From NCBI GenBank assembly GCA_002457145.1, contig NTJP01000002.1:33583-97582 (forward strand): a stretch of 64,000 nucleotides of DNA. Reading direction: 5' to 3'. The translations under genes and the position numbers were made by a program. A model generated the notes under the pieces. The model was given only the letters and a program-made list of their open reading frames with translations, had not been told where the DNA came from and did not search any database. The stretch's first letter is position 1. The number at the start of each line of letters is the position of its first letter. Below are positions 20,650-31,507 of the stretch, piece after piece. This DNA comes from Marine Group II euryarchaeote MED-G38. GTDB lineage: Archaea; Thermoplasmatota; Poseidoniia; Poseidoniales; Thalassarchaeaceae.

Positions 20650-21207
20650 ATGACATTAGATGCATTAGCAAATGAAATTGATAACCAGGCCAAAGCCGAA
20701 GCAAAATCTATTATTGATTCTGCAAAAGCCCAGGCGAAGGCAATAGAAGATGAAGCAAGAGATCAAGCAAATTCCTTGTCTTCTGAAATGAAGGCACGTG
20801 CGGAAAGGGAAAGTGCACAACTTTCAGTAGAAGTAGTTGCATCTGCTAAACAGGCTAATCAGAAACATCTATTGATTGCACGTCGAGAGGAACTAGATGA
20901 AACATGGAAATCTATTCGAAAATCAGTATCTTCTCCAGATCTTGATGGCCGTTCGAATATCTTGAAATCTCTATTATCCGAAGCGAAAAAATCAGGTAAA
21001 GGGATGCTGTTAAGGCCTGTTGCCACTGATAGGAAAGAACTCGAAAAAGAAAATTTTGACATCGGCGATGATATCGAAGGATTAGGAGGTTTCGTACTTG
21101 AATCAAAGGATGGATCGGTAGTTCTCGATTATAGATTTGATAGCCGATTAGAGAAATCCTGGCAAGAAAATCTTGGATTAGTTAATAGTACTTTATTCAG
21201 TAACTAA
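20650..21207 (+). CDS. atpE: A-type ATP synthase subunit E
   Basis: 185 aa, Ala/Lys/Glu-rich N-terminal helix. Operon position fits. Confidence 0.75.
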   Translation: MTLDALANEIDNQAKAEAKSIIDSAKAQAKAIEDEARDQANSLSSEMKARAERESAQLSVEVVASAKQANQKHLLIARREELDETWKSIRKSVSSPDLDGRSNILKSLLSEAKKSGKGMLLRPVATDRKELEKENFDIGDDIEGLGGFVLESKDGSVVLDYRFDSRLEKSWQENLGLVNSTLFSN

Positions 21208-21218
21208 ATGGTGTTTTT

Positions 21219-22274
21219 ATGTCTAGAGTAGCAAGTGGTCGTTCAAATATCTATAATGCTGCAGCGCGAGCCAAAGCGCGCAAAGCATCGTTGATAGACT
21301 CGACAAGAATGTTACAATTATTACAACTAGGCCCTGAGTCTATTGGAGCAAGTATTGGAGAATTAGGTTACCGAAATGAAATGGATATTTATGCATCTAG
21401 AATGAGTGGTGCTGACGCCGTAGAGGCAGCATTAGTACATAATTTAGACAATGATTTATCGGAGATACTGAAGTTTTGTCAGGGTCCTCTGAAATCCATA
21501 GTGGCCATCTACATTGAACGTTTTTCCTATGAAAAGGCAAAAACTGTACTTAGATCAGTTAATGGAGGATGCTCAGATGAATTAATAGAATCACAAATAT
21601 TGCCTTCAGAAAATCCAATGAATGCAATTTGGCTCGATATTGTAAGAAATACAGATACAGTAGAAGAGGCAGCAAGCGCAATGGCTGGTACTCCTTGGGG
21701 CAAAGAATTATCAAAACTAGAGGGCTCAGAAACTACTCTTGAAGAAATGGAAGATGCGTTAGATCGCCAATACTATTCTAACGCACTTCAGATATCAAGA
21801 GGAAAAGATTCCAATATACAATTGATGAAATATATTAGAACCGAGATAGATCATAGAAACATAATAAATCAATTCCGTGAATTACGTCAAAATATTTCTC
21901 CAGAAAAACGTTCACAAATGATTATCTTAGGGGGCAGAATTCAAAATTCTATTATGTTACAAGCATCGCAAACTACCAATCAAGAAACATTATTAGATAC
22001 CTTCAGAAGAAGTATTTATTTTGATGATGAAGGCTTCGATGAGGCGTTAACAGAATCTAATAAAACTCAATCACTGGATTCAATAGCATCATTACTTACA
22101 CATAAAAGACATGCGATGCTGAAACGTTTTTCATATCTCAATCCTGTTTCACCTTTCCCTGTAATTTATTACATTGAAAGAAAAGTATTGGAAATTCAAA
22201 ATCTTCGTCTTCTTGTACGTGGGAAGGCAATCGGACTAACATCTGAGGTATTGGAATCACATATGGATTTTTGA
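21219..22274 (+). CDS. atpC: A-type ATP synthase subunit C
   Basis: 351 aa helical protein between atpE and atpF. Confidence 0.75.
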   Translation: MSRVASGRSNIYNAAARAKARKASLIDSTRMLQLLQLGPESIGASIGELGYRNEMDIYASRMSGADAVEAALVHNLDNDLSEILKFCQGPLKSIVAIYIERFSYEKAKTVLRSVNGGCSDELIESQILPSENPMNAIWLDIVRNTDTVEEAASAMAGTPWGKELSKLEGSETTLEEMEDALDRQYYSNALQISRGKDSNIQLMKYIRTEIDHRNIINQFRELRQNISPEKRSQMIILGGRIQNSIMLQASQTTNQETLLDTFRRSIYFDDEGFDEALTESNKTQSLDSIASLLTHKRHAMLKRFSYLNPVSPFPVIYYIERKVLEIQNLRLLVRGKAIGLTSEVLESHMDF

Positions 22275-22284
22275 GGTAGATAGT

Positions 22285-22584
22285 ATGGAAATAGCAGTCG
22301 TAGGTTCTTTAGATTTTACCCTTGGTTTCCAACTAGCCGGAGTATTAAGACTATATAATCCAAAAAATATAGAAGAAACAGCTTCAACTATGAAAGATTT
22401 GTTGAATCAAAAAGAAATTGGCGTCATCGTTATAGATAATTCTGATTTATTAGAACTCCCTGAAAGATTGCGAATACAACTTTCAGAGAGCATAACTCCC
22501 ACAGTATTGGGAATAGGGACAGAAGAGGATAATACCCTCAGAGAGTCGATCAAATCGGCACTAGGAGTCGATTTGTGGAAATAA
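22285..22584 (+). CDS. atpF: A-type ATP synthase subunit F
   Basis: 99 aa, begins MEIAVVGSLDFTLGFQLAGV, which is typical of subunit F. Confidence 0.8.
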   Translation: MEIAVVGSLDFTLGFQLAGVLRLYNPKNIEETASTMKDLLNQKEIGVIVIDNSDLLELPERLRIQLSESITPTVLGIGTEEDNTLRESIKSALGVDLWK

Positions 22585-22618
22585 ATCCTAGAAAAAATAA
22601 ATGGAAGTGAATTAAAAA

Positions 22619-24361
22619 ATGAGTGAAGAAAAAGGAGTAATTTATCGCATCTCTGGGCCAGTAGTGACAGCAATAGGAATATCCCCAAGAATGTATGAAG
22701 TCGTACGCGTTGGAAATGAGGGTTTGATGGGAGAAGTAATCGAATTACATGGCGATCAGTCTGTGATTCAAGTTTATGAAGAAACATCAGGAGTTAGGCC
22801 AGGCGAGCCCGTGATAAGGACCGGGCAGACTCTGTCTGTTCAATTGGGACCTGGTCTTTTGACAAAAATATATGACGGCATTCAAAGACCTTTGCCAGAA
22901 CTTGAGAAGACAATGGGAGTTTTTATCACAAGGGGTGTAGATGCTGATGGGCTCGATTTAGAAAAGAATTGGAATTTCAATCCAGTTGTAAAAGTTGGAG
23001 ATAATGTTGCTTCAGGAGATGTAATAGGAACAGTGCAAGAAACTACTACTATTGAACATAGAGTAATGATTCCTCCTGGTATTTCAGGAGTTGTAAAAGA
23101 AATAAAATCTGGTGATTTTAATGTAACTCAAACAATATGCGTATTAGATGGCGGGGACGAAATAAAAATGATGCAGAAATGGCCAGTTAGGACTCCAAGA
23201 CCTTTTACAAAGAAGCATGCTCCTGAAGTACCTTTACAAACAGGACAAAGAATTCTAGATTTCCTTTTTCCTTTGGCGAAAGGAGGTACTGCAGGTATTC
23301 CGGGACCTTTTGGTTCAGGAAAAACAGTTACTCAACAACAACTAGCAAAGTGGTCTGATGCAGACATCGTCGTTTACATTGGTTGTGGAGAGAGAGGTAA
23401 TGAGATGACAGAAGTTCTTGATGAATTCCCTCATCTAATAGACCCTAAAACAGGTGAGGCTTTAATGAATAGGACCACTATGATTGCAAACACCTCTAAC
23501 ATGCCGGTTGCAGCTAGAGAAGCTTCAGTATATACTGGAATTACTATTGCTGAATATTTCCGAGACATGGGCTATGATGTCGCTCTAATGGCTGACTCTA
23601 CGAGTCGTTGGGCAGAAGCAATGAGAGAAATTTCATCCAGACTCGAAGAGATGCCCGGTGAAGAAGGATATCCGGCCTATCTTTCTAGTCGTTTAGCAGA
23701 ATTCTATGAAAGAGCAGGCCGTGTAGAAACACTTTCTGGCGGAGATGGTTCAGTTTCTGTAATAGGGGCTGTTTCACCTCCTGGAGGGGACATTTCCGAA
23801 CCTGTAAGCCAAGGTACTTTACGTATTGTCAAAGTCTTTTGGGGCTTAGATGCCGGATTAGCACGCCAAAGACACTTCCCAGCAATTAATTGGCTTAATT
23901 CATATTCATTATATCCACCATCATTAGATCAATGGTATAGGGATAATATAAAAAGTGATTTTCCAGAAATTAGAACTCAGATAAGTTCACTTTTACAAGT
24001 AGAGGCAGAGTTACAAGAGATTGTACAACTGGTCGGTTCAGATGCACTTCCAGTGGATCAACAACTAACTCTCGAAGTTGCTCGTATGATTAGAGAATTT
24101 TTCTTACAGCAAAATGCTTTCCATGATGTTGACACATATAGTGACCTCAAACTTCAATATACTATGGCTAAAGCTATACTTTCTTTTCAAGAAGAATCCA
24201 AAAAAGCCCTTGCAGGTGGTTCCGCATTAGAAGATGTAGTGAATGTGCCTGCTAGGACCGATTTAATGAGAGGCAGATTTGAATCAGGATACGAAGACAG
24301 AATAGAAGAAATGTTAGATGATATGAGTAAACAAATTGCTGATACTATGGAGACTGATTAA
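22619..24361 (+). CDS. atpA: A-type ATP synthase catalytic subunit A
   Basis: 580 aa. Walker A GPFGSGKT is present, and the non-homologous insert region characteristic of A subunits is present. Confidence 0.95.
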   Translation: MSEEKGVIYRISGPVVTAIGISPRMYEVVRVGNEGLMGEVIELHGDQSVIQVYEETSGVRPGEPVIRTGQTLSVQLGPGLLTKIYDGIQRPLPELEKTMGVFITRGVDADGLDLEKNWNFNPVVKVGDNVASGDVIGTVQETTTIEHRVMIPPGISGVVKEIKSGDFNVTQTICVLDGGDEIKMMQKWPVRTPRPFTKKHAPEVPLQTGQRILDFLFPLAKGGTAGIPGPFGSGKTVTQQQLAKWSDADIVVYIGCGERGNEMTEVLDEFPHLIDPKTGEALMNRTTMIANTSNMPVAAREASVYTGITIAEYFRDMGYDVALMADSTSRWAEAMREISSRLEEMPGEEGYPAYLSSRLAEFYERAGRVETLSGGDGSVSVIGAVSPPGGDISEPVSQGTLRIVKVFWGLDAGLARQRHFPAINWLNSYSLYPPSLDQWYRDNIKSDFPEIRTQISSLLQVEAELQEIVQLVGSDALPVDQQLTLEVARMIREFFLQQNAFHDVDTYSDLKLQYTMAKAILSFQEESKKALAGGSALEDVVNVPARTDLMRGRFESGYEDRIEEMLDDMSKQIADTMETD

Positions 24362-24373
24362 GGAGTGGTATAA

Positions 24374-25759
24374 ATGACTGGAAAAGAATATAGAACAATA
24401 ACTGATGTAAAAGGACCTTTGGTGTTCCTAAATAAGACTGAACCTGTTGCCTTTGGAGAAATCGTCGAATTAAGACTTTCAGATGGTACATTGAAGAATG
24501 GACAAGTTCTTGATACCTCTGATGATCAAGTAATTGTACAAGTTTTTGAAGGAACTGCTTCAATAGATAAACAAACCGGCATTAAATTCCTTGGTGATGT
24601 TTTCAAATTACCTGTAAGTAAGGATATGATAGGTCGTATTTTAGATGGTGCAGGTAGGCCTAGAGACGGAGGACCTCCCATTGTTGCTGATGAAATGGCG
24701 GACATAATAGGTGCTGCTATAAATCCATATTCACGACAAAGCCCATCTTCTTTTATTCAGACGGGTATTTCGGCAATCGATGCCTGTACTTCATTGGTTA
24801 GAGGTCAAAAATTACCAATTTTTAGCGCATCCGGACTACCTCATAATGATATTGCATTACAAATCGCTAGACAAGCAAAACTAGTGGACAGCGATGATGA
24901 TTTCGTAGTTGTATTCTGTGCAATGGGTATAACGGCAGAAGAATATAACTTCTTTGTCCATGATTTAGAGAGAACAGGGGCGCTTGAAAATGCCTGTTTA
25001 TTCGTTAATTTGGCGGATGATCCAGCCGTTGAGAGATTAATTACTCCTAGATTAGCATTAACAGCTGCAGAATATCTTGCCTTTGAGCACGATTATCATG
25101 TTTTAGTAATTTATACTGATATGACGAACTATTGCGAATCATTACGTCAAATAGGTGCTGCTCGTGAAGAAGTTCCTGGTAGAAGAGGATATCCAGGATA
25201 TATGTATACTGACTTAGCAATGCTGTACGAGCGTGCAGGATTGGTAAAGGGAAAGAAAGGCTCAATTACTCAATTCCCGATACTGACTATGCCTGGAGAT
25301 GACATCACACATCCAATACCTGATCTTTCAGGATATATTACCGAAGGGCAAATTGTTATTTCTCGTGAATTACATCAGAAAGGAATTTATCCTCCGATAA
25401 ATGTTCTTCCTTCGTTATCCAGGTTGATGAATGCGGGTATAGGCGATGGAAAGACACGTGAAGATCACAAATCTGTTTCTGACCAATTATATGCCGCTTA
25501 TGCTCAAGGAAGAGAATTGAGAGGATTAGTCGCTATTGTAGGTGAAGATGCTCTTAATGAAAGAGATTTACAATTACTTAAGTTTGCAGATATTTTTGAG
25601 AATCAATTCCTTCGTCAAAGTAGAGATGAAGACAGAGACATAGGAAAAGGGACACTAGATTATGCATGGGAACTACTTTCTAATATAGACACAAAATATC
25701 TTGTTCGCCTGGATCAAAAGTGGATTGATAAATATCATCCAAATGATAAAAAGAATTAA
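24374..25759 (+). CDS. atpB: A-type ATP synthase regulatory subunit B
   Basis: 461 aa with B-subunit-like similarity throughout, including the SGLPHND region. Confidence 0.95.
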   Translation: MTGKEYRTITDVKGPLVFLNKTEPVAFGEIVELRLSDGTLKNGQVLDTSDDQVIVQVFEGTASIDKQTGIKFLGDVFKLPVSKDMIGRILDGAGRPRDGGPPIVADEMADIIGAAINPYSRQSPSSFIQTGISAIDACTSLVRGQKLPIFSASGLPHNDIALQIARQAKLVDSDDDFVVVFCAMGITAEEYNFFVHDLERTGALENACLFVNLADDPAVERLITPRLALTAAEYLAFEHDYHVLVIYTDMTNYCESLRQIGAAREEVPGRRGYPGYMYTDLAMLYERAGLVKGKKGSITQFPILTMPGDDITHPIPDLSGYITEGQIVISRELHQKGIYPPINVLPSLSRLMNAGIGDGKTREDHKSVSDQLYAAYAQGRELRGLVAIVGEDALNERDLQLLKFADIFENQFLRQSRDEDRDIGKGTLDYAWELLSNIDTKYLVRLDQKWIDKYHPNDKKN

Positions 25760-25784
25760 TCTATTTTTAAAAATATTATTGGAG

Positions 25785-26411
25785 ATGAAAGATATGGCAT
25801 TGGATATTAAGCCCACAAGATCCGAACTAATTAATTTAAAACGTAGAATTAAACAAACATCTAGTGGATATAATCTGCTAAAAATGAAAAGAGATGGTTT
25901 ATTTTTTGAATTTAGAACATTATTGGCCGAAATGATTGCCGCAAAGGAAGAACTTGTAGGTACATATCGTGATGCCCTAAAATCAATCGCTCTTGCTTCT
26001 TCAATTGAAGGAGGACTTTCAGTTAAAAGTGCTGCAATAGCTGCAACATCCGGTCCGGAAGTAATGGTCTCAAGGAGAAATATTATGGGTGTTGTAGTTC
26101 CAAAGGTGGAAGGCACAAATCTAACTACTACTGTTGAAACTAGGCCTACGGGTATAATCGGCGGTTCTCCTTACATAGATGAAGCAGCAGATTCTTATTC
26201 CATATTAATTTCAAAAATTGTTAAAGCAGCCGAAATGGAGGCTACTTTGAAAAGATTATTAGAAGAGATAGAGGCAACCAAAAGAAGAGTAAATGCTTTG
26301 GAATTTGTTGTAATACCTGAGATGAAAGAAGCTCAAACCTTTATTCAATTACGTTTGGAAGAAATGGAAAGAGAAGAAACTTTCAGATTGAAACGTTTCA
26401 AGAATAAATAA
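25785..26411 (+). CDS. atpD: A-type ATP synthase subunit D
   Basis: MALDIKPTRSELINLKRRIK matches the conserved subunit D N-terminus. Start is taken at the Met after the atpB stop (the ORF as drawn overlaps atpB). Confidence 0.85.
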   Translation: MKDMALDIKPTRSELINLKRRIKQTSSGYNLLKMKRDGLFFEFRTLLAEMIAAKEELVGTYRDALKSIALASSIEGGLSVKSAAIAATSGPEVMVSRRNIMGVVVPKVEGTNLTTTVETRPTGIIGGSPYIDEAADSYSILISKIVKAAEMEATLKRLLEEIEATKRRVNALEFVVIPEMKEAQTFIQLRLEEMEREETFRLKRFKNK

Positions 26412-26486
26412 TCGAATAATATAGTTGTTCTTGGCGAGGTATCTTATTAGTCAACAATGACGGACAGTTGAGAGAGAGGATTTCTA

Positions 26487-28901
26487 ATGGAAGATACTAA
26501 TCCAATATCACTTGATACGGAAACGTGGAGCAATCAAGAATTAACTCAAGTCATAGCATCAAGATATTTTGTTTTGGGCCAAGAAACTAATCAACATTCT
26601 TCTTGGGAAATTAGTTATGTGAGTGAAATTGACGCCGCAAATTCACTATCTTTATTAAATAATCATCTAGAATCACTCGGCCTTATCGGAGTACTAAGTA
26701 ACGACGACTTGCCGGTCCTAACCATAATTACGTTGCCCTCATCTTCTAGTGTCTCTAGTCGATGGCAACAAGTATCAATTTGGTTTTTAATGTCTATATT
26801 CTTAACTATTGTTGGCGCTGAGTGGTTTGGTAGGTACGATCAAAATAAGGGAATACTCAATAGCGATATTCTACAAGAATCATTGCTTTACTTTACCGTC
26901 CCTATAATAATTACGCTATTATTATGTAGTCATTTAAGATATTGGATTGCAAAATATAATTCAGTAGATAGTGGACATATAATTCCAATAATATTTCCCA
27001 TATTGTATCCTATGTGGCCATTCGGTTTAACAGGAATTTTATCTCAGAAAAGGATGGATAATGTCCCTTTTCCAGATCGTAAAAAATTAGCTATTATTGA
27101 ATCAATACTTCCTTTGTCTATATTCATTATAGGGTCATTATTCACTATAGTTGGCCTTAAAATAACCTCAAACGAACCACCAGAGTTAGAAACGTCACCT
27201 ATAATATTTGAGGTAAATCAAATAACTCAGATAATATATTCATCACTATTTGATGATATAGAATTAAAATTACAATGGCTACATCCAATTGGAATAGCCG
27301 GAATAGGACTATCAATGATTGGTTGGATTCTTTTATTGCCAATTCCTGGATTCCCGGGCGATAGATTACTGTATTCTCTTTTCGGAACTTCTGAAATGTC
27401 TAAGGGTGAGTTACAAACATCATTATTTATTTCCTCTCTTACTATAATGATAATTATTTTCGCCTTTGTCAATTACCTTCCTTGGCTATTCCTAGTTGCA
27501 TTTGCAACTTGGCAACGATTCAGTCCTGAGAATAATATCATCCCGTTTGTTGTCAATCAAAATATTGATTTAGGTAAGGATCTAAAATCAAAAATTACCA
27601 TTATACTAGTATCTATATTGATTCTTGGCTTTCCTGGATTTAATCCTATTTCAGATTTAGAAGATTATGATTCAGGATTATCAACTAGCGATTGGATGGA
27701 AAATGCTGAAATACCTCAATTTGGTGAGACTAGCTTAGATTTTTTACTCCAACCAAATGGAATCATGCCAATTTCAGGGTTTTTACAGTTCAGTATTGAA
27801 GGTAGCCAATCAGAGTATTGGGAAATTAATTCAAGTTGTGGAGAAAATAACTCTTGTTATTTCAGTAATGTGACTCAAAATAGTAATCAATTAATCAATA
27901 TAGGGGTAAAGGCTCCAAATTTTGTTTTTGAAGAAAAAATGTATTTGAGAATAGTTATTGATATTAATGATAATGAAAAGGAACATTTGATATTACTATA
28001 TAATAGCGAATATTCTGGCCCAGAAAATGTATTTTGGACAATTTCTAGTGATAATAACAATCCCACAATCTGTACAAAAATAAATATCATTTCAGGAGAT
28101 AGAGGTAACTTATCATTAACAAATCCATTTTGGAATTTTCAAAATTCCTCATTTGTGGAAGAAGGAATTAATGATTTATGTTTAATAGGTCATGAGGGAG
28201 CTTTATTTTCCTCAAACTCTACAGACGAGCAATTTCGTCATTATGGGCCATCTATTCAATTCAACAGGGAAAATAATACTACATTGGACTGGTGGATGCC
28301 TATTGAGAATACTGAACCTAATATTCTAATTTCAGGTACTGAATGGATAATACCTCCATGGATAAATTTACAAAATACTCAATATTCAATTGTTTATGGG
28401 TCCGATAATCCTGCATTTTGTAAGTCAAGTGATATAGTTACAGAAGTGAACGCAAATTGGACTCTACCACTGGAAGAATATACTCCAATAAAATTCTCAA
28501 AAGGGCCAGTAATTAATGGTACGATAATTGTTCCTTCTACCGGTTGGTTAATGATATGCAATGAAAGCACCCCAGTCTCAAAATATATCATTAAAGAAGG
28601 ATTAGATGTTATTATCAATCAGGACTCAATTAATAATAAAATAATTACTAATTCGTTTTCAATAATTAATAGAGAGAATTTTTCAATACCAATTTCTGTA
28701 GAGTGGTACGGAGATTCAGTAAATTATGGTGCCTGGGGCGTCCAAAATATTCCAGGATTTGTAGGGGCCGATGAACAAATAGAAATAACCATGGAAGAAA
28801 AAGTTGATTCTTCATTATACTATTCATCATGGATTTCAATCGATAAAGATAGCCTAACAATACACATTTCAGTCAGATGTCCATTATATGGGTGTTCATG
28901 A
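26487..28901 (+). CDS. large polytopic membrane protein with Asn/Ser/Thr-rich C-terminal extracellular domain, function unknown
   Basis: 804 aa. About 10 hydrophobic helices lie between residues ~100 and 400. The C-terminal ~350 aa are Asn-rich with many N-x-S/T sequons. Confidence 0.5.
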   Translation: MEDTNPISLDTETWSNQELTQVIASRYFVLGQETNQHSSWEISYVSEIDAANSLSLLNNHLESLGLIGVLSNDDLPVLTIITLPSSSSVSSRWQQVSIWFLMSIFLTIVGAEWFGRYDQNKGILNSDILQESLLYFTVPIIITLLLCSHLRYWIAKYNSVDSGHIIPIIFPILYPMWPFGLTGILSQKRMDNVPFPDRKKLAIIESILPLSIFIIGSLFTIVGLKITSNEPPELETSPIIFEVNQITQIIYSSLFDDIELKLQWLHPIGIAGIGLSMIGWILLLPIPGFPGDRLLYSLFGTSEMSKGELQTSLFISSLTIMIIIFAFVNYLPWLFLVAFATWQRFSPENNIIPFVVNQNIDLGKDLKSKITIILVSILILGFPGFNPISDLEDYDSGLSTSDWMENAEIPQFGETSLDFLLQPNGIMPISGFLQFSIEGSQSEYWEINSSCGENNSCYFSNVTQNSNQLINIGVKAPNFVFEEKMYLRIVIDINDNEKEHLILLYNSEYSGPENVFWTISSDNNNPTICTKINIISGDRGNLSLTNPFWNFQNSSFVEEGINDLCLIGHEGALFSSNSTDEQFRHYGPSIQFNRENNTTLDWWMPIENTEPNILISGTEWIIPPWINLQNTQYSIVYGSDNPAFCKSSDIVTEVNANWTLPLEEYTPIKFSKGPVINGTIIVPSTGWLMICNESTPVSKYIIKEGLDVIINQDSINNKIITNSFSIINRENFSIPISVEWYGDSVNYGAWGVQNIPGFVGADEQIEITMEEKVDSSLYYSSWISIDKDSLTIHISVRCPLYGCS

Positions 28902-29851
28902 TGAGAATTGCAATTTTAGGAATTGGTTCCATTGGAGGGATATTTCTCTCTTCTCTTGCCGATTCAAATGTTGAATTAATTGCCGTTTCTAGAGGTTTAA
29001 GGGCATCCCAAATATCTGAAACAGGAATTATCTTACATACACCAGAAGGTACTATTGAACATTTTCCGCCTGAATTATTTACAGTATTTAATAGCGATTC
29101 TGGGCCACTTCCATCATCATTGACTAAATCTTGTGATTTTGTCTTAATTTGTGGAAAAAGCTATTCTATGCCTGAGTTAGCACCATTGGCCCTTCAATTA
29201 CTTTCCTCGGATGGAATGGCTATCAGTACGCAAAATGGCCTTGGCCATGCCGAATATCTTTCAAGTATGATAGGGAGAAATAAGGTATTAGGTTGTACTG
29301 TAACCCATGGTGCATGGAAAGATGCTGACTCATTTCATTGGGAAGGGAGGGGCGAGATAATCCTTGGTAACTTAGATGGAATAGAACCATCCAAAATGGT
29401 GTATGAATTTATTTCTTTGCTTGAAGAATCTAAACTTTCTCCAAAATGGAGTGAACAAATTATAAAAGAAATTTGGATTAAATTACTAATTAATATAGCG
29501 ATTAATCCAATTTGTGCCATTACAGGTTTACGTAATGGAGAGATACTAATTCAAGAAGACCTTTGGAATCAATCTGAATCCTGTATGAATGAAGCATCAA
29601 TCATTGCCCATGCTTCAGGAATTAATTTAAATGACGTAGATTTGACTAAAAAACTTCGCTCGATAGTTATCTCAACTGAAAAAAATCGTTGTTCAATGCT
29701 ACAAGATATTATGTCTGGAAAAAGAACAGAAATTGACTCTCTTTGTGGAGTAATAATATCTAAAGGAGATTCTTTTGGAATACCAACTCCTTTAAATTCA
29801 ATGCTATTTTCTATGATAAAAGGAATAGAAAAATCATCAAAAATTCAATAA
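28898..29851 (+). CDS. panE: 2-dehydropantoate 2-reductase (ketopantoate reductase)
   Basis: MRIAILGIGSIGG Rossmann N-terminus. C-domain block W.KLLINIAINPICAITGLRNGEIL is typical of PanE/ApbA. Confidence 0.75.
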   Translation: MMRIAILGIGSIGGIFLSSLADSNVELIAVSRGLRASQISETGIILHTPEGTIEHFPPELFTVFNSDSGPLPSSLTKSCDFVLICGKSYSMPELAPLALQLLSSDGMAISTQNGLGHAEYLSSMIGRNKVLGCTVTHGAWKDADSFHWEGRGEIILGNLDGIEPSKMVYEFISLLEESKLSPKWSEQIIKEIWIKLLINIAINPICAITGLRNGEILIQEDLWNQSESCMNEASIIAHASGINLNDVDLTKKLRSIVISTEKNRCSMLQDIMSGKRTEIDSLCGVIISKGDSFGIPTPLNSMLFSMIKGIEKSSKIQ

Positions 29852-29862
29852 TTTTAATTTCG

Positions 29863-30756
29863 TTATTTCTGACATTTTGGGCAGAAAAATGTTGATCTAT
29901 TTGACTGTACAATTCTCTTTATGGTGCCATTACAAGATTTCTTTTTACAGCCCTGCCCTTCTCTGCCATAGACTACAAATGAGTTAGGAAAATAACCTAA
30001 GGCATCATCTCCATCTACTCCTCTAAAGTCTTGAAGTGTTGATCCTCCAGCATCTATCGCTTCTATCATAACAGAATGAATCTCAAAAACTATTTTTTCT
30101 ATCCTTTTACTTATTCCCTTTTTCAATACCAATGATTCTGCCTTTATTTTTGGTGATATTCCAGCTCTATTAAGTATCTCGCAAACATAGATATTTCCTA
30201 ATCCAGCAACGATTTTTTGATCAAGTAATGCATTTTTTATCGGTATTCTTCTTTTTCTTAAATTATTTGAGAGTATTTCAGGTGTTAACGAGCCCGGCAT
30301 TGGTTCCGGCCCAATATCCTTTAGTAATTTATGAGTTTCTTGTTCTTCAGTTTCAAATACATCCATTATTCCAAATCTTCTATGGTCTGAATATACTCCT
30401 TTGCCTCCATCATCAAGATATATTACCACCCAATCATGAGGTCCTGAACCACTACCAATCTCAGCGCCATGAATGAATCTACCTGGAACTCCTTTTTTAC
30501 CATCTCCAATGAGTGTCCATCTTCCAGTCATCCCTAAATGACATAACCAAGTTTTACCTCCTGATAATCTAATTAACAAGTACTTAGCTCTTCTTTCAAT
30601 TTTAATTATTTTTTTACCACTTAATGTTTTTTCAAACTTATCGGGAAATGGAAATCGTAAATTATCTCTTCTCAATTCAATATCTACAATAACTCTATTT
30701 TTTATATGTTTTTCAAGTCCTCTTCGCACAGTCTCGACTTCTGGCAACTCTGGCAT
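29863..30756 (-). CDS. fpg: formamidopyrimidine-DNA glycosylase / endonuclease VIII family (Fpg/Nei)
   Basis: N-terminal MPELPEVETVRRGL (catalytic Pro2, Glu3). C-terminal zinc finger C..C....C..C. Confidence 0.9.
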   Translation of the reverse strand: MPELPEVETVRRGLEKHIKNRVIVDIELRRDNLRFPFPDKFEKTLSGKKIIKIERRAKYLLIRLSGGKTWLCHLGMTGRWTLIGDGKKGVPGRFIHGAEIGSGSGPHDWVVIYLDDGGKGVYSDHRRFGIMDVFETEEQETHKLLKDIGPEPMPGSLTPEILSNNLRKRRIPIKNALLDQKIVAGLGNIYVCEILNRAGISPKIKAESLVLKKGISKRIEKIVFEIHSVMIEAIDAGGSTLQDFRGVDGDDALGYFPNSFVVYGREGQGCKKKSCNGTIKRIVQSNRSTFFCPKCQK

Positions 30757-30795
30757 AATTATCCGTTAAGGTACCACTCAATGATAATAACTGTT

Positions 30796-31503
30796 TCATA
30801 AATATTTCAACTTACAGAAAAATAACATGTGTTGCTCCTCCAATCCTTTTAAATCAATCATTTCAATAATATTTAGATTAGAATTATTTATTATTTCCAT
30901 TGCTTTTTCGAATTTATTTTCAGTATTGCCATCTGACATCCTTTCACTTGCAGCCTTAAGGCTTAACAGGGCAACTCCATTGTCTTTAAGAAATACTTCA
31001 ACTACCTTTACAAATGTTTTTGCTTGATCAGAAATACTTAAGTCTTGATGTAACCAATCTACTTTTTTATTAACAAAAGGAGAAATCTCTGATATGTTTC
31101 TTGCATCGCCTAAAACTGGAATTATCCCTGGTCTTATTTCCGATAAAGCAACTAACTCCCTCATCATTCTGGTTGATACATCAATTGCAATTATCTGCCC
31201 TTTGTGATGATTTCCAGAGCCACAAACGCAGTCATGGATATGGCTAACCGTTCCGCCTACTGAAGCCCCAAGGTAAAGACAACTTTGTCCAGGCAGAGGT
31301 ATTAAATCAATAGGATTTAATTTTGTCCTGATTATCGAAGCTGCAATTTTAGATTTTTTTGCATCCCAAAGGCGCCATTCGTTACGTCCATCTCTTTTCC
31401 TACGTTCTTTCCTCACTGAAACTCCTTTCACTGCATTTCGTGTCCAAATATTCCTACCTTCTTTCCTTACTCCCCATCCTAAGGACTTCACTCTTCGCTT
31501 CAT
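30796..31503 (-). CDS. flpA: fibrillarin-like rRNA/tRNA 2'-O-methyltransferase
   Basis: EWRLWD.KKSKIAASII and the GASVGGTVSHIHD SAM-binding block. Immediately downstream of nop5. Confidence 0.85.
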   Translation of the reverse strand: MKRRVKSLGWGVRKEGRNIWTRNAVKGVSVRKERRKRDGRNEWRLWDAKKSKIAASIIRTKLNPIDLIPLPGQSCLYLGASVGGTVSHIHDCVCGSGNHHKGQIIAIDVSTRMMRELVALSEIRPGIIPVLGDARNISEISPFVNKKVDWLHQDLSISDQAKTFVKVVEVFLKDNGVALLSLKAASERMSDGNTENKFEKAMEIINNSNLNIIEMIDLKGLEEQHMLFFCKLKYL

Positions 31504-31507
31504 GGTT

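Noticed and set aside
25701-25784. Upstream extension of atpD overlapping atpB
   Set aside because: The conserved subunit D N-terminus (MALDIKPTRSEL) begins after the atpB stop. The extension is unnecessary.
26487-28901. Calling the 804 aa membrane protein an oligosaccharyltransferase (AglB/STT3)
   Set aside because: There is a DWWMP segment faintly reminiscent of WWDYG, but the N-terminal 100 aa are soluble and the DxD loop motifs are not evident. Similarity is too weak to call.
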